This document shows, piece after piece, positions 44,791 through 56,700 of a stretch of DNA of 64,000 bases. Positions within the stretch are counted from its first letter, which is position 1. Every line of letters starts with the position of its first letter. A model generated the notes under the pieces. It did not search any database. It was not told the origin of the DNA and saw only the letters and a list, made by a program, of their open reading frames with translations. This stretch comes from an uncultured virus (IMG/VR IMGVR_UViG_3300017721_001070) (Duplodnaviria; Heunggongvirae; Uroviricota; Caudoviricetes; Kyanoviridae). The position numbers were made by a program, and so were the translations under genes. The stretch lies in the IMG/VR virus record IMGVR_UViG_3300017721_001070; one strand, given 5' to 3'.

Positions 44791-47700
44791 TATGCTAGTG
44801 CGATTGCCCTAATATCATTTAGTCGAGGAGCAAAAGATTCATTTGTTCCACTGAATACGATCTTGATTTGATATCCAGTGAAAGCTGGAAGATCTTTAGA
44901 TGTAAATTGATATTCTTTGAATTGATCAAATGCACTAGGTGAAACAAATGCGTCGGATTTGCCACTGTTTTTGGCAGGGTTGATGATACTATCACCAAAT
45001 CCATCGTCATCGGTATCATTCATATTATCGAAACCAGGGAATAGTTCATACGTTGGTTCAACATCTGCAGAATCTGGTAGGAATAATCTATAAAGAACTC
45101 TCATATCTGCAGTAGAGTCAATATATGCAGAAGTTAGAACTTTCAATGATGTTGATGCATTTTGAAGGTTCACTCTCTGAGAAACATAAATCGAAGAATG
45201 TGGATCTTGATTAGTGCTGTTCACTCTTCCATCAGTAGTATAATCATCGACGGGTTTGTTTAGACGACTTCTATCAATATCGATAGAGCAGTTGTCTAGA
45301 TAGATGAATGGTGAATAATTTGGATCCTCGGAGACAAGATCTACTTCAATAGTAAGAGACTTGTTTCTTGGTAGATCATCTAAGTTTTTAGTTTCATTGA
45401 CTTTAGATGCGACAAGTCTTGGTGTTGGATATAGCAATGTAGAATTTAATTCGGATGTTGTGAATCCTAGATCTTCAAATGAAGTTTCAGTTCCACCTGC
45501 ACTTCTACCACTTATAGTTCTGATACGTGCTTGTGTGCTCGTATCATTCGGTGTAACAATATCAAAACGAGGGGTTATTCTATCAAACTGTAGGTTTCTA
45601 GAAACCCAGACATTTTTTCCACCAGCGACTCTTTCATCAGTGAAGTTGACTTGATTTTCTCCAGTTTGTCTGTCACGTCTATCAATCTCCAAATAATACG
45701 TATCAATTCCCTTATTAGCTTGTAGGGTTGTATCTGATGGCATATCAATCTGATTATTAATACTAACAAGACTCATGCCATTAAATTCATATGGGCGAAT
45801 CTCAGTGCCATTAGTATGACGTGCTGATGAAGATCCTTCAGCACCTCTAGTAGAAATTCCTAGAGTTCCACTTCCAATGCTGTTATAGTAAACAACTTCA
45901 TTTCCAATAAGTGCAAATCCAGCATCTGTTGAAACACCCAAAGATGTGGCAAAGACTGAAGTATTTGCTATAGAAATTGTATTATCTGTGGCAGTAATAT
46001 CAGCTGATAGTGTTGTTGGCGAAGTCGTTGGGAAAATATTCTTAATATCAATGGTATTAGTAATACCATGCATTCCATGAGATGGATGTAGAACTTCAAT
46101 AATATTACCAGAATAGATTTGACTTGTTAAAGTAGAGCTACGAATAACGGTATCTCCAACAGAAACTTTTGTCGCTCCATCATAGTAAACTAGAGGATCA
46201 TCTTGAGAGAAGTTCTCTCCTTGAACGTTTGTTGTGTATAGAGTATCAAAACCAGTAATATTAGTAACAGTAAAATTGGCTCCAATACCTTTGGTAACAT
46301 CACTGGTTTGAATACCAAGCGTCTCACCCACCAGGAAACCCTCTCCAGGCGTTGTAATTGACACTGCACTTAAACCACTACTGGAAATCGTTACAACGCC
46401 CACAGCGCCGCTTCCAGACCCCGTTAAGGAGAAGAAATTAACATTGTTGTATGTTCCATTTGAATATCCAGTTCCAACCAGACTTACTGCAAGATTTGCA
46501 ACGGGTCCACCAACATTCTCAATGAATGCAGTTAGAGCAGCTTCACTACCAGTTTCACCGTAACCAACTTTTCTACCAGGAGTTAAGATCTCCTGCATAT
46601 CAGTTGTTTCTACAGTGGTAATTCCTACCTTTAATTTTCTTGGTAGAGATTTGATTGGATTATTTGGTAGCAGTGGTAGAATATCGGAATCAAATGATAG
46701 ATCAGGGTTAAAGAATGTTGCTGTTCCAGTTCTATGTGCAAACTCACACTTATTGACAGTGAACTTTAAGTCCTCAAACTGAGTTGGAGTCCATGTGGAA
46801 CCATTCTGTGACTTGAATAGAGAACCAGCACCATATTGTTGGGTATAAAGAACAGACTCTGGACCAGGAAGTTCTGCAGTATTCACAGTTCTTTCTCCCA
46901 GCCTTGCAATCCACGCAGTGTAATTATCACTAGTTGGTGATAGAAGTACAATTGCATATTCTGTTTCTGGTAGAAGTGGAACTGGTGATTTGAAAGTCAC
47001 TCTAGTTGCTACACTTCCATCATCAGAAACATTTACTTGACTTGGTGGTAGAACAATTTGTGATTCTTCAGACGCTAAGAACAAAGTTGGTGTTCCAAGT
47101 TCAACAGTACGAATTTCTACAGTTAATGGTGTTCTTTCATCCTTTGTAAACATAAAAATGTCAACAGAAGTCAAGAAGTATCCTTTATTGTCAGTCAAGA
47201 AAGTCTGAGCTAGAGGGTCTCTCCTCTCCACACGTCTAACAATAGTGTTATTGCGTACAATAGTTCTATTTCTAACAATAGTTCTAGTTCTGTCAATAGT
47301 TCTCCTGATGATAACTGGTGGTGGAGGTGGTGCAAATCTAAATTGTAGATTATTTGTAATAGTTGTAGTAGTATCCCTCCTTGTAGTCGTCATCGCAGTT
47401 TGCTGGAGGTTCAAAGTTGTTCTTCTAGTAATACCAGTTCCAGTAAACGCTGCTTCAGCATCACTATTAGTCAAATCTCCAACAATAGATATTGCATCAG
47501 TAGGACTGGTTGTTAACTTGAATGTTCTAGTTCCAGTTCTAAATCTTGGGGATCCTTCAGGATCTCTGAAGAAGAAGGATCCATACACACTCCCAAAACT
47601 ATCACTTACAAGTCTTACGAAATTTAAATCAGCTTGAGCATTACTAGTCTGACCAATAAAGGTCATATCTGCTACAAGTCTTCCAAAGAAACTTCCCTGC

Positions 47701-50700
47701 TGGGCAATTGCAAGTGATTCAGTATCAATGTTTAAGTATGTTGATGATGCGTTATATGACTCAGAATTTAAAAGAGAAAGTTCTCTATCATATGGATTTA
47801 CATCAAACGTTGTTATCGGTGCATCAAATGGACCATTCTTGTGATTTGGAGTACAAATTCTAAATGTAATAACTCTTATGCCATTGCTATTGAAACCATC
47901 TACGGTTTCACCAACTTGGAAAGATCCATTTACATTATTAACTTCTAATAGTTTTGGAATTACATCCAGTCTATTAGAACCGTCCATAAATGCATAATAT
48001 CTTGTAAATGGTTTTAGACCTTCACTTTTGAACTCAACGTTTCTAGATCTCATGAAAGGATCTTGAGTTTCATTAATATCAATACTGGCATCAATATTTG
48101 TTAGAGCCCTAGTCTGCCAAGTATTAGTTTGCGATGATGATGATTGTGTTCTAGTAATACCAGCAACTCTTCCTCCAGCAGGTCCACCATTACCAATACT
48201 AACGTCACCAACAGTACGAATTGTTCTTCCACTATTAATAGTTTGGAACCTTTCAACTGTGTTTTTGTTGGTATTTGTTAAGTTAGTAGTCCAAGAATCT
48301 CTTGCAGGTTCCAGTGTAATACTTCCGACCCATTCGATAATATTAAATGGGTTTACATTTTCAGTTCTGGTTGCAAATGGTTGTTGTGTTGCAAGAATCT
48401 CTTCATAATCTATACTTACAACGTTTCCAGTTTTTCTAAGATTGCCATCAAGAAGAGTGTAATCTGATCCAAAATTAAATGACTTAGCCTGTGGAACTAC
48501 ATCTGGTGCAAGTTGCGGTGTAAATGTTATTCTATCTGTCGGTGTGGACAAATGATCAATTCCAAGATCAACCTGACATGTTGTTTGTGCAAGATCTAAG
48601 AAATTGCTGCTAGTGAAATCATCTACAAAGAAACCTGTTTTAAATCTATCTAAACCATCCTTGTCAGTAATTTGTAGAGATCTTGTCTCTAACTCAAGTA
48701 GTGATAGTGAAGAAACTTCTTCCAAGTTTTGGACCCTATCTTCGATAATACCAATATCTCTCATGGTATATCTTCTATTATCAACTTGAATGATTCTTAC
48801 ATCACTCACATCATAGAGATACGCTGGGTACACGATGGTACCTAAAGTCATTGAAGGTTCAACAATAAATGGTACAGATGGTTTATCTGCAGATGTTCCT
48901 TGTATTACTTTAAATACTCCTTCTTTAGTAAGGATCAATCTATCCATTCTAGGTAGATAATAATCATATGAAATTAGAGTACTCTCATCTGGTTTTGGTA
49001 TAACAGTAGTTGTACTACCAGTAGTAGAGAAATCTCTTGAATCATAATCAAAAGGTGATGATGTTGTTGACGTGAAATTTGAAACTCTAGGTCTAAAGTC
49101 AATAGTATCAGTAACTCTTACTTCTAGACCAGATCTAGAATCTCCACTTGGTAGTTGTAATGATGGAACATCCTTTGTAAATCTATCGCCACTATATGAC
49201 AATACCGTAAATGCATCACCTTCATCAGTATCTGCAATTGTATAGTGATCATAGATTACTGTGAGGCGTTTTGCTGGCTCTGCAGAACCTCTATTCCTTA
49301 CAATTCTAGAATAATCATAGATATCTGGTCTTTGACCTTTATCCATAGTAAATTCATCTGTTCTATCAATATATAAACCACCAGTAATTCCTTGTAATCC
49401 AGCAACGATACCAGATTCTTCAAATGTAATTTGTTCTCCAGGAGCAAATCTATCTTCATTTAGATATACAACTTCAACTTCTGTACTAGAAAGTCTAGTA
49501 ACAATTTGGGCAAGAGCCCTGTTGTTAGGACCACTAATTTTTTCACCTAAAACGGAATTTGTATTTAATGTTATACCACTCTCAAAGGTGAGTTTATCTA
49601 AGACTGGATCCGCTGAATTTGTAGATTCAAATACACCCAAGACTTTGACAACATCTGGTCTGTTTAGTGAAATCTCTTCATCTTCTACTCTTAAACCATA
49701 GAATGAATTAAAATCAAGTCCATTTGAAGTATTGGACGAAATACCAGCCGTTCTAAATTTTGACTTATCTATAGTTACTTTTGTACTTCTAGTATAAATT
49801 TTTACCTTAGATCTTAAACCTTGCTTTTTGATTGTTGTAATTAGTGTTACATTACTTTGATTTGCAGTTAGACCTTCAATTGTAATAGAATTTCCATCAG
49901 AACCTATAGTAAATTGATCTCCAGTAAGATTTTCAATTGACCCATCAGAATAATGAAGTGAATATCTTTCAGAATCAAATGTTTCAAATACAGAACTAGT
50001 AATTCCTGATATTGCATCTACAGTTGTCGTCAACTTACCAAAAGCATCTGTGGAAAGGCTATCAATCTGCTTATAGATTGGTAAATTAGCCTTACTAAGA
50101 TTTACTGATGCAATATTTCTATTTGATAGTGGAACAACTAAAGATCCTTGGGTATCTCCAAAAATAAATTCTGCAGAAGTTGCTCTAAAATCAACTTCAA
50201 TGGTTGAACCAGGAAGAGATCCTTTATTAACACTACTAATATTGGGAACAGACACAACAGTCATAGTGTTGCCATCTGAAGAAACTTCAGTTACTCTATT
50301 ATATGAAACATCAGTATGTGCTGGATTTTGATATTGAATAATGGTATTAGTAGCAATTCCAGTAAATTTACGACCTGCAGATGTTACTGATCCACCAGAA
50401 GTAATTTGTATCTTATCTGTAATACCAAACCCATTTGCAACTCTAGTTATTAATGAAACATCAGCAACAAAATCTGATGCTAAACCTAAAGTTGATGCGT
50501 CTTGATATACAGATTTTACATCGTTTAGAGAATATGTTTTAATATCTCTAATGGATCTATTATATTCTGTGATTCCATCAATTGAAATTTGCTCGCCTTC
50601 TTGGAACTTGCCAGCAACTTGATGTAAGGTTACTGTAGTTCCACTAGAATATGCTTCAGCAGCATATCCAATAGCTCCACTACTTAGACCTTTAAAGTAA

Positions 50701-52148
50701 GTTCCCTTAGAGAAAGAATATTGCTGATTTAATGTGAACTGAGTATAAGTCTGAATATCAAATAGTCTTAGATCCCAAAGGGTTGCGTCACCTTTGTATG
50801 AATCGTCAGTGACACCAAAAGAATATACTCTTGCTTCTCCAATTTTTTCCCCAGTTCCTGCAGTATTGCTATTAGTTCTTTGATCATATAATTCCACTAC
50901 GTGAGTAGAATCTTTGTTTAAACCAATTACTGGAGTACCAAAAACATTATTGACCCTTAAAACATTTCCCATTGAGAAGGGAACTAAAGATGTAGGGACA
51001 TTATTAGTATCTCTTGGTTTGGGCAAATCAATAATTCTTGTCCCTGTTACCTGAACATCATATCCTTTAACATATGCCTTTCCTGGACCAATCTGCAAAC
51101 ATGCAATATCTTCAGATGGAATAGCACCATCTCTAGTTATTTGATCACTACCAAAAATACCATTATTGTTTTGCTCATCGTTTAAACTCTCTTCAACGTT
51201 AAAGTTAAATGGAGTTACTACATAATCTCCAGATTCCTCAAAAGTTCTTTTCGCAAAATAATCTCTTAGATGATCATATTCGTTTTTTCGTTGAAGTTTT
51301 ACAATCTCGCCGTCAATGATACGAAGTAATTCTACAAAAGTTTTATCGTCAATATCATCAATATCTTTCTTTACTAATTTTAATTCAAACTTAAATCTAT
51401 CGGCACCAGGAGCTGAGAAATTATTAAATCCCCTTGCATTGTCATATAGACTAGTGTCTTCACTAGAATTTACACTGGTCTCAATAATGTTTAGACCAAC
51501 TCTATATGTTGGGGTATTTGAATATTGATCTAGAAGAATACTCTGCTTTTCAACTCGTGCAAAGTATCCTCTGACAAAATAAATACCATCATCAATATTA
51601 ATAGCAGATCCAATTGCTGTAGCATTCTGAGGAATTACCTGAGAAAAAGAAGATCCTGCATCGATGGTGGTGTTTCCATAAATGACAGTTTCATCTGCAA
51701 TTAAAAGTTCACCATCTTCAAATGCAGTAAATTCTTGGTTAATTGCAGAATTTAAATACTTAACATAGATGGTAAGATCTCCTGTTTCGGAGTCATTTGC
51801 GGATAGAATTTTTGAAACTGTTGCAGTAACTTGTGAATTTTGACCCCTAATTCTTTTCCCTACAAACTGGTCAATGTAAGTAGATACCGATAGTCCTAAG
51901 AAATTTGCATTTATTTTGACTGCATAATAATCTTCATCATAAGTAATTCCACCAGGAATTACTACTGCACCATCTTTAAAAAAGTGATCGGCAAAACTTT
52001 CAATCTGCCCCTGCAGCATAGTCTGGAGACTATTTAATTCCCTGGCTTGTATTGGGAATCCAGGTTTAAATAAAACCTTGTAATAATCACTATCAGAATT
52101 AAAATCGTCAAAATATGGTGAGACGTTTAAATTAGTCTTTTGGGGCAT
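44790..52148 (-). CDS. Large virion structural protein (VrlC / DUF4815-like)
   Basis: NLNVSPYFDDF, QAREL, APGADR, RYTMRDIG, FFVDDF, NVNPF, DPLAQTF, EDLKF. Confidence 0.9.
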   Translation of the reverse strand: MPQKTNLNVSPYFDDFNSDSDYYKVLFKPGFPIQARELNSLQTMLQGQIESFADHFFKDGAVVIPGGITYDEDYYAVKINANFLGLSVSTYIDQFVGKRIRGQNSQVTATVSKILSANDSETGDLTIYVKYLNSAINQEFTAFEDGELLIADETVIYGNTTIDAGSSFSQVIPQNATAIGSAINIDDGIYFVRGYFARVEKQSILLDQYSNTPTYRVGLNIIETSVNSSEDTSLYDNARGFNNFSAPGADRFKFELKLVKKDIDDIDDKTFVELLRIIDGEIVKLQRKNEYDHLRDYFAKRTFEESGDYVVTPFNFNVEESLNDEQNNNGIFGSDQITRDGAIPSEDIACLQIGPGKAYVKGYDVQVTGTRIIDLPKPRDTNNVPTSLVPFSMGNVLRVNNVFGTPVIGLNKDSTHVVELYDQRTNSNTAGTGEKIGEARVYSFGVTDDSYKGDATLWDLRLFDIQTYTQFTLNQQYSFSKGTYFKGLSSGAIGYAAEAYSSGTTVTLHQVAGKFQEGEQISIDGITEYNRSIRDIKTYSLNDVKSVYQDASTLGLASDFVADVSLITRVANGFGITDKIQITSGGSVTSAGRKFTGIATNTIIQYQNPAHTDVSYNRVTEVSSDGNTMTVVSVPNISSVNKGSLPGSTIEVDFRATSAEFIFGDTQGSLVVPLSNRNIASVNLSKANLPIYKQIDSLSTDAFGKLTTTVDAISGITSSVFETFDSERYSLHYSDGSIENLTGDQFTIGSDGNSITIEGLTANQSNVTLITTIKKQGLRSKVKIYTRSTKVTIDKSKFRTAGISSNTSNGLDFNSFYGLRVEDEEISLNRPDVVKVLGVFESTNSADPVLDKLTFESGITLNTNSVLGEKISGPNNRALAQIVTRLSSTEVEVVYLNEDRFAPGEQITFEESGIVAGLQGITGGLYIDRTDEFTMDKGQRPDIYDYSRIVRNRGSAEPAKRLTVIYDHYTIADTDEGDAFTVLSYSGDRFTKDVPSLQLPSGDSRSGLEVRVTDTIDFRPRVSNFTSTTSSPFDYDSRDFSTTGSTTTVIPKPDESTLISYDYYLPRMDRLILTKEGVFKVIQGTSADKPSVPFIVEPSMTLGTIVYPAYLYDVSDVRIIQVDNRRYTMRDIGIIEDRVQNLEEVSSLSLLELETRSLQITDKDGLDRFKTGFFVDDFTSSNFLDLAQTTCQVDLGIDHLSTPTDRITFTPQLAPDVVPQAKSFNFGSDYTLLDGNLRKTGNVVSIDYEEILATQQPFATRTENVNPFNIIEWVGSITLEPARDSWTTNLTNTNKNTVERFQTINSGRTIRTVGDVSIGNGGPAGGRVAGITRTQSSSSQTNTWQTRALTNIDASIDINETQDPFMRSRNVEFKSEGLKPFTRYYAFMDGSNRLDVIPKLLEVNNVNGSFQVGETVDGFNSNGIRVITFRICTPNHKNGPFDAPITTFDVNPYDRELSLLNSESYNASSTYLNIDTESLAIAQQGSFFGRLVADMTFIGQTSNAQADLNFVRLVSDSFGSVYGSFFFRDPEGSPRFRTGTRTFKLTTSPTDAISIVGDLTNSDAEAAFTGTGITRRTTLNLQQTAMTTTRRDTTTTITNNLQFRFAPPPPPVIIRRTIDRTRTIVRNRTIVRNNTIVRRVERRDPLAQTFLTDNKGYFLTSVDIFMFTKDERTPLTVEIRTVELGTPTLFLASEESQIVLPPSQVNVSDDGSVATRVTFKSPVPLLPETEYAIVLLSPTSDNYTAWIARLGERTVNTAELPGPESVLYTQQYGAGSLFKSQNGSTWTPTQFEDLKFTVNKCEFAHRTGTATFFNPDLSFDSDILPLLPNNPIKSLPRKLKVGITTVETTDMQEILTPGRKVGYGETGSEAALTAFIENVGGPVANLAVSLVGTGYSNGTYNNVNFFSLTGSGSGAVGVVTISSSGLSAVSITTPGEGFLVGETLGIQTSDVTKGIGANFTVTNITGFDTLYTTNVQGENFSQDDPLVYYDGATKVSVGDTVIRSSTLTSQIYSGNIIEVLHPSHGMHGITNTIDIKNIFPTTSPTTLSADITATDNTISIANTSVFATSLGVSTDAGFALIGNEVVYYNSIGSGTLGISTRGAEGSSSARHTNGTEIRPYEFNGMSLVSINNQIDMPSDTTLQANKGIDTYYLEIDRRDRQTGENQVNFTDERVAGGKNVWVSRNLQFDRITPRFDIVTPNDTSTQARIRTISGRSAGGTETSFEDLGFTTSELNSTLLYPTPRLVASKVNETKNLDDLPRNKSLTIEVDLVSEDPNYSPFIYLDNCSIDIDRSRLNKPVDDYTTDGRVNSTNQDPHSSIYVSQRVNLQNASTSLKVLTSAYIDSTADMRVLYRLFLPDSADVEPTYELFPGFDNMNDTDDDGFGDSIINPAKNSGKSDAFVSPSAFDQFKEYQFTSKDLPAFTGYQIKIVFSGTNESFAPRLNDIRAIALA

Positions 52149-52152
52149 TTTC

Positions 52153-53715
52153 TTAGAATTCCAGTACTACTTTGATATCTTCTTTTTGGCGAGCATTTCT
52201 CGCTACAGTTGGGCGATTATCAAGATAAATTATTTCACCTGACCTCTTATTTATCTGAGGTTGAGCGACTCCATCTGCGAAGTTTACACCTAGATTTATT
52301 GTAGTATCAGCAATGACTGTAGTGATTCCACTAAATGTAGAATCGACAGATGCCGAGAAACCACCAGTAGAATTTACATTTTCAGATGACGACTCAAATT
52401 TCACAACTCTTGCTTCAGAAGAAACTCCAACATAGTCCCTCTGATCACCCGATGTTTTATTGAAATATAGTGATCTATCTTGAGTGTACTTAACTACATT
52501 AGTTTGTTCGTCAAATGAAACCACATAACCAGTGGCTGTAGTTGTTCCTACCACTTGCTTAATCTGATCTCCAACAGTCAAGCTTCCAGTAACATTTACC
52601 AATTTGAGAGCATCAACTAATGAAAAGTTATTATCTTTATAGACACTAGTTGATCCCAAAGAAGTTGGATTTTTTACAATACCAATTTGTGCGAATTGTG
52701 TATCTGTTGGGAAGTTTGCCGTACTATCATCAAATCTTGTGTATAGGAGAACTTTTTCTGCTCCTAATTCCTTATACAAATCATACCCATGACCCTTTGA
52801 GGGTGGAATGATTGGAATTAGTGTAGCAAGTTCCGAAATACTACCAGACTGAATTGGTCCTAAATCAACAATACCATAACTATAACCTTTTCCACCAGAA
52901 GAGACTTGAGCGGTTACAATCCTACCACTACTATCTGTAGAAATAATAGCCTTTCCACCCTCACCATCTCCTAAAATATCAACCTCAATATCAAGACCTA
53001 GACCATATCCAAATCCAGACCTCTCAATGCTAATATGCTTTAATTGGTTTTCATTGATATCCGAATTTCCAGCAGATCTAACAGCTTGAATCTGAGAATC
53101 TGTAGAACCTAACCAATTTGATGGTAGAGTGATATATTCAGTAGAATCAAATTTGATAATATCTGCTGGGTTAACAGTAAATAGATATTTCCAAATATAA
53201 CCATCTCCACTCTCACCAGCTCTAGTTGGTTCTAAATCTGTGAATCCTGGTTCGTCCTGAGAGGCATTACCAATCAAGTTTGAATATGTAGATCCATTAT
53301 CAATACAAATATAAACTCTATATTCAGCGTTCATTACAAAATATCTAGCATCATATAAACGTGTAGATCCAGTTACTGGAGAAACGTTATTAATGCTATA
53401 GTCATGTCTGTATTTTTCATAAATTGTTCCTTGAGTCCAGTCAACTCGTTTTACAATTCTTCTAACATTTGAGTTGGTAACTTTCCTACCAAACATTGTA
53501 GTATCATAAACATGATTTGAATAATTGTTATTATCAATCGGACTGGGAGCACCAGCTGCATTAGTATTCCAATCTGCAGTTCTACCAAATCCAACCGATA
53601 ATGAAGGATTTGGTAGGGACGTAAAGATATAGTAAGAGTTATTGGAATTCTCTACAGACTCAATAAAGTTATTGACATTCAATATTCTAAATTGGTCCGT
53701 TACAATAGAAGCCAT
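52153..53715 (-). CDS. gp8: Baseplate wedge subunit gp8
   Basis: VTDQFRI, VYICIDN, DGYIWKYLFT, SGEIIYLDNR, EDIKVVLEF. Confidence 0.92.
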   Translation of the reverse strand: MASIVTDQFRILNVNNFIESVENSNNSYYIFTSLPNPSLSVGFGRTADWNTNAAGAPSPIDNNNYSNHVYDTTMFGRKVTNSNVRRIVKRVDWTQGTIYEKYRHDYSINNVSPVTGSTRLYDARYFVMNAEYRVYICIDNGSTYSNLIGNASQDEPGFTDLEPTRAGESGDGYIWKYLFTVNPADIIKFDSTEYITLPSNWLGSTDSQIQAVRSAGNSDINENQLKHISIERSGFGYGLGLDIEVDILGDGEGGKAIISTDSSGRIVTAQVSSGGKGYSYGIVDLGPIQSGSISELATLIPIIPPSKGHGYDLYKELGAEKVLLYTRFDDSTANFPTDTQFAQIGIVKNPTSLGSTSVYKDNNFSLVDALKLVNVTGSLTVGDQIKQVVGTTTATGYVVSFDEQTNVVKYTQDRSLYFNKTSGDQRDYVGVSSEARVVKFESSSENVNSTGGFSASVDSTFSGITTVIADTTINLGVNFADGVAQPQINKRSGEIIYLDNRPTVARNARQKEDIKVVLEF

Positions 53716-53742
53716 TATTGGTACTTACTCTAGGGTTTTTTT

Positions 53743-53750
53743 TATTTATA
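53743..53750 (-). promoter_or_regulatory. Late promoter TATAAATA (gp8)
   Basis: Exact consensus 28 nt upstream of the ATG. Confidence 0.85.
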
Positions 53751-53754
53751 TTGT

Positions 53755-56700
53755 TTAGATGAATACCTTCTTGGATATATTTCCAGTATTCCGTAATCCA
53801 AAACCTTTTCTGGTTACAGTTGGGTACGTACTCAGACCAACGTCATATGTATTTCCGTTGGGTTCAAATGATAATGCACCCTCAACTCTATTGAAGCTGC
53901 TCAGTTTGCCCCAAGAGAATTCACCAACATAATCTCCGTTTGAAGAAATGCCAGATGTAATAGTATCAGACTTGATATTGGATGTTATGACACCAACATT
54001 ACCATTAAATGAAATGCTACTTACATAATAGATGTTATCAACAATTGTGCTGATGCCCACAATTTCAGAGTCAGAACTGTCAACTGATGTGATTCCTGTT
54101 CCAACAACAGTGGTATTTTGAACCACGATTGGATACCCAACTAATAAAGTTTGTAGTAGAGCTGGACTACCAGATTTGGATAGATCCAATTCAAACTTCA
54201 TTGCGAGAGGGTGTCCAGAAATTCCAGTGGTTGTTCCAATACCTGTGATAATACCAGAATAACCTAGGATAACTTCTGCTTCTTTAATTGTATCTTTGAT
54301 TGGTTTTGCAAGTTCAACAATTACTTGTGGAACATTTGTATGTGTGTAACCAAATCCAGGTTCATCGATTGTAACACTGGTCAATTGACCACCAGAAGCA
54401 GTTCCAGTCAATTCTGCGGTACCACCAATACCAATGATGTTGAATAGTGAATTATCAACCTTTTTAGGTGCTTGAATCTTAATTTCAATTGCACCATCAG
54501 GATAACCAGAACCACCATTAACAATTGTAATTTCACTAATTGTTCCAGCAGCAGAAACGGTAGCAGTAGCAGCTGCTGCAACTACATTTTGATATCCAAT
54601 AATGTCTGCATCACAAACAACTTCTGCTAGATTTGCTCCAGGTGCATTTTCTTCATACTGGAAGAAGTCTGCATTGTCAAGGAATATTTCAGTATCGCTA
54701 GAACTAAAGTTTTTAATTACCTTAGCAACTGGCATAATCTGCGCTTCAAGCGAATCGCGAATTTTAGTAATCTTCTCTTCAAAGATAACCAAATCTCTCT
54801 TTTGCTTAGTTACATCAATTGGTCTGAATATATTTTCATTAATGCCCTGATTTCTATAGATGTTTGTTTCTACTTTTTCGGATTCAACAATAGCACTTAG
54901 AACTCTATCATTTTGTTCAAAAATTGAGCTAGGACGATCACCTTTCAGTCTTAATATGTCACCAGCTTTTAGTGATTCAAAGACAGTAACAATCTTACTA
55001 TCAACATCCTTAGTTCCTCTATAGAAATAGATGGCAATATTATCAGATTTGAGTGGTGCAGCCGTAAAGTTGAAATTGAAACTTGTACCACCAGAGAAGA
55101 AGTAATCTTTCCCAGGAGTTTGTATCACGCCGTTCACAAATACTAGAAGAACAGCATCAAGATCAATTAGTGCTGATTGTGGATTTTGCTCATCCTTCTG
55201 GAAACTGAGACTAGCTCCATTCAAATTTAGAGGGAATCTAGTTCTCACACCATTTTGCAGAGAACTAATTGAGTCAATATAGTCAACTTGTCCGAAGTTC
55301 CAAGAAGAGAATGTATCATTTGAAATTTCAGTAACTTCAAAGATCATGTCAGTAAAGATAGTTCCCACTCCAGTAGCAGTAACTAAACCGACTGGTTTGA
55401 ACTTATCACCACGTCTAAATCCAAATCCAGTATCAGCAAGTCTAAATCCACTAGCTTCAAACACTGTCGAACCAATACCTGTTGTTGTAGAAGCAGAAAC
55501 AATAACATTAAGTTTCGCAGCGAATCCAGAATCAGTTGTTTCGCCAACAGCAACACGAGATACACCCACTACAGGCATTTCAGAGTAATTTGGATCTTCA
55601 ATATTAATTGTTGGAGATGTATAACCTGTTCCAGCGTTAGTAATTGAGAAGATCGCTGTTCCACCTAAACCTGCAGTAGCAGTGATTGATGCATTAGTTC
55701 CTTCATGACCAACTTCTTCAATATCTACGTTAATTGCACCAAAATAACCAGATCCAAACGTTAGACCAGAATAATATTCGGCCGCTTCTCCACTAGGAAC
55801 ACCTCTTCTTCTGCTAGGAACATATGTATGTGCAAAACCAACTTTCAATACATCAACTTCAAATTTATTATCATCTATAATTGTTCTGATGGAATATGGG
55901 TTGGCATACTTAACACCAAATACAACACCATGATCATCATAGATATGGTCAATTGTGGAAACTCCTACATTAGTGATAATTTGATTAGGAGCAGGAAGAC
56001 CAAAGATCTTGAATTCAGATCCTTGAGTTCCATCTGGGAAAATTGAAGTTGTGATGCCAATTCTAACCTTACCAGTTCCAGAAACATAATCGTGAGCAAT
56101 TGTAGAAATACCTACGTTTGTAACGATTGATGTTCCAGAACTTCCAGCATTAACATTAAAGTAGAAACCTTGAGTTCCATCTGGGAATATAGTTGTTGTC
56201 ACGCCTGCATGAGGAGCTGCACATGAGAATTCAATATCGCGAAGCATTACCAAATCACCATCACTTAAACCATGATTATCTGCTGTTAGGATTGTACTAA
56301 CGCCAGTTGATGCAGTGTAATCAAAGTCATAGATAGCAATCTCATTACCATATGCAAGACAAGTCATTGCAATTCCAGAGAGATTAATTACATCTCCAAT
56401 GGCAAGACCACTGTAATTTTTCTTAGTAGTAATAGTTGAGAAACCAGTTGTCTTATCATATTCAAAATTAGAGATTGCGAAAGGAATACCTCTATTGTCT
56501 GGGAATCTAGTGGTCGTGAATCCAGTCTCAACAACACCTCCACTATGAGCAACATAAGTGTGTGCAAATCCAACTGGTAGAGCATTTACTGAGAAGTTCT
56601 TAGAGTCGATTACTTTTCCAACTTTATAACCACCAACAAATTTGACACCTTGGGCAACACCATTAGCTGAATAAGTATGTGCAATTGTGGAAGGACCAAC

